From NCBI RefSeq assembly GCF_009914755.1, contig NC_060947.1: a DNA stretch of 64,000 nucleotides, one strand, 5' to 3'. The notes below the pieces were generated by a model. The model saw only the letters and a program-made list of their open reading frames with translations. It had not been told where the DNA came from and did no database searches. The first letter of the stretch is position 1; each line of letters opens with the position of its first letter. Source of the DNA: the human T2T-CHM13v2.0 reference genome, Homo sapiens. Both the position numbers and the translations under genes were made by a program. Shown piece after piece: positions 63,700 to 64,000 of the stretch.

Positions 63700-64000
63700 T
63701 GCATGAGTCTGTTCTCACATTGCTAAAGGAAACACCCAAGACTGGGTAATTTATAAAGGAAACAGTTTTAATTTACTCACAGTTCAACATGGCTGGAGAG
63801 GCCTCAGGAACCTTGCAATCATGGCGGAAGGTAAAGAGGAAGCAAGACACCTTCACAAGACAGCCAGAAGGAGAATGAACGCAGGAGGAACTACCAAACA
63901 CATAAAACCATCAGATCTCATGAGAACTCACTATCATGAGAACAGCATGGGAGAAACTGCCCCCATGATTCAGTTACCTCCACCTGGTCTCTCCCTTGAC
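63700..64000 (-). mobile_element. THE1C/D-like MaLR LTR (runs off the window)
   Basis: GACTGGGTAATTTATAAAG; GGCCTCAGGAA..CAATCATGGCGGAAGG; AAAACCATCAGATCTCATGAGAACTCAC. Confidence 0.85.

Overview
This is primate genomic DNA, most likely human (it carries an AluYa5). It is AT-rich, has no CpG island, and I found no intact protein-coding gene. Much of the window is interspersed repeat: more than 35 Alu copies or fragments, old L1M/L2/MIR, MaLR (THE1/MST/MLT1) and MER41 solo LTRs, and hAT-type DNA elements. Two gene-derived relics lie on the minus strand. (1) A TUBA1A processed pseudogene (249-2244) keeps both UTRs, a poly(A) tail and a target-site duplication (TSD). It is interrupted by a THE1B LTR and an Alu fragment, and lacks about codons 2-60 right after the exon-1 start codon. 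(2) A decayed retrocopy of the 3' half of B3GNTL1/QTGAL (about 31190-32025) begins exactly at a strong splice-acceptor-like sequence. Other oddities: a four-copy local motif with a templated insertion (7.3-10.8 kb), a perfect 29-bp hairpin inside an old Alu, an Alu with a micro-inversion, a triple-nested Alu, and several local duplications. I see no convincing new multi-gene system. Parent-gene and repeat-subfamily calls come from recalled sequences, not database searches, and many repeat boundaries are approximate.
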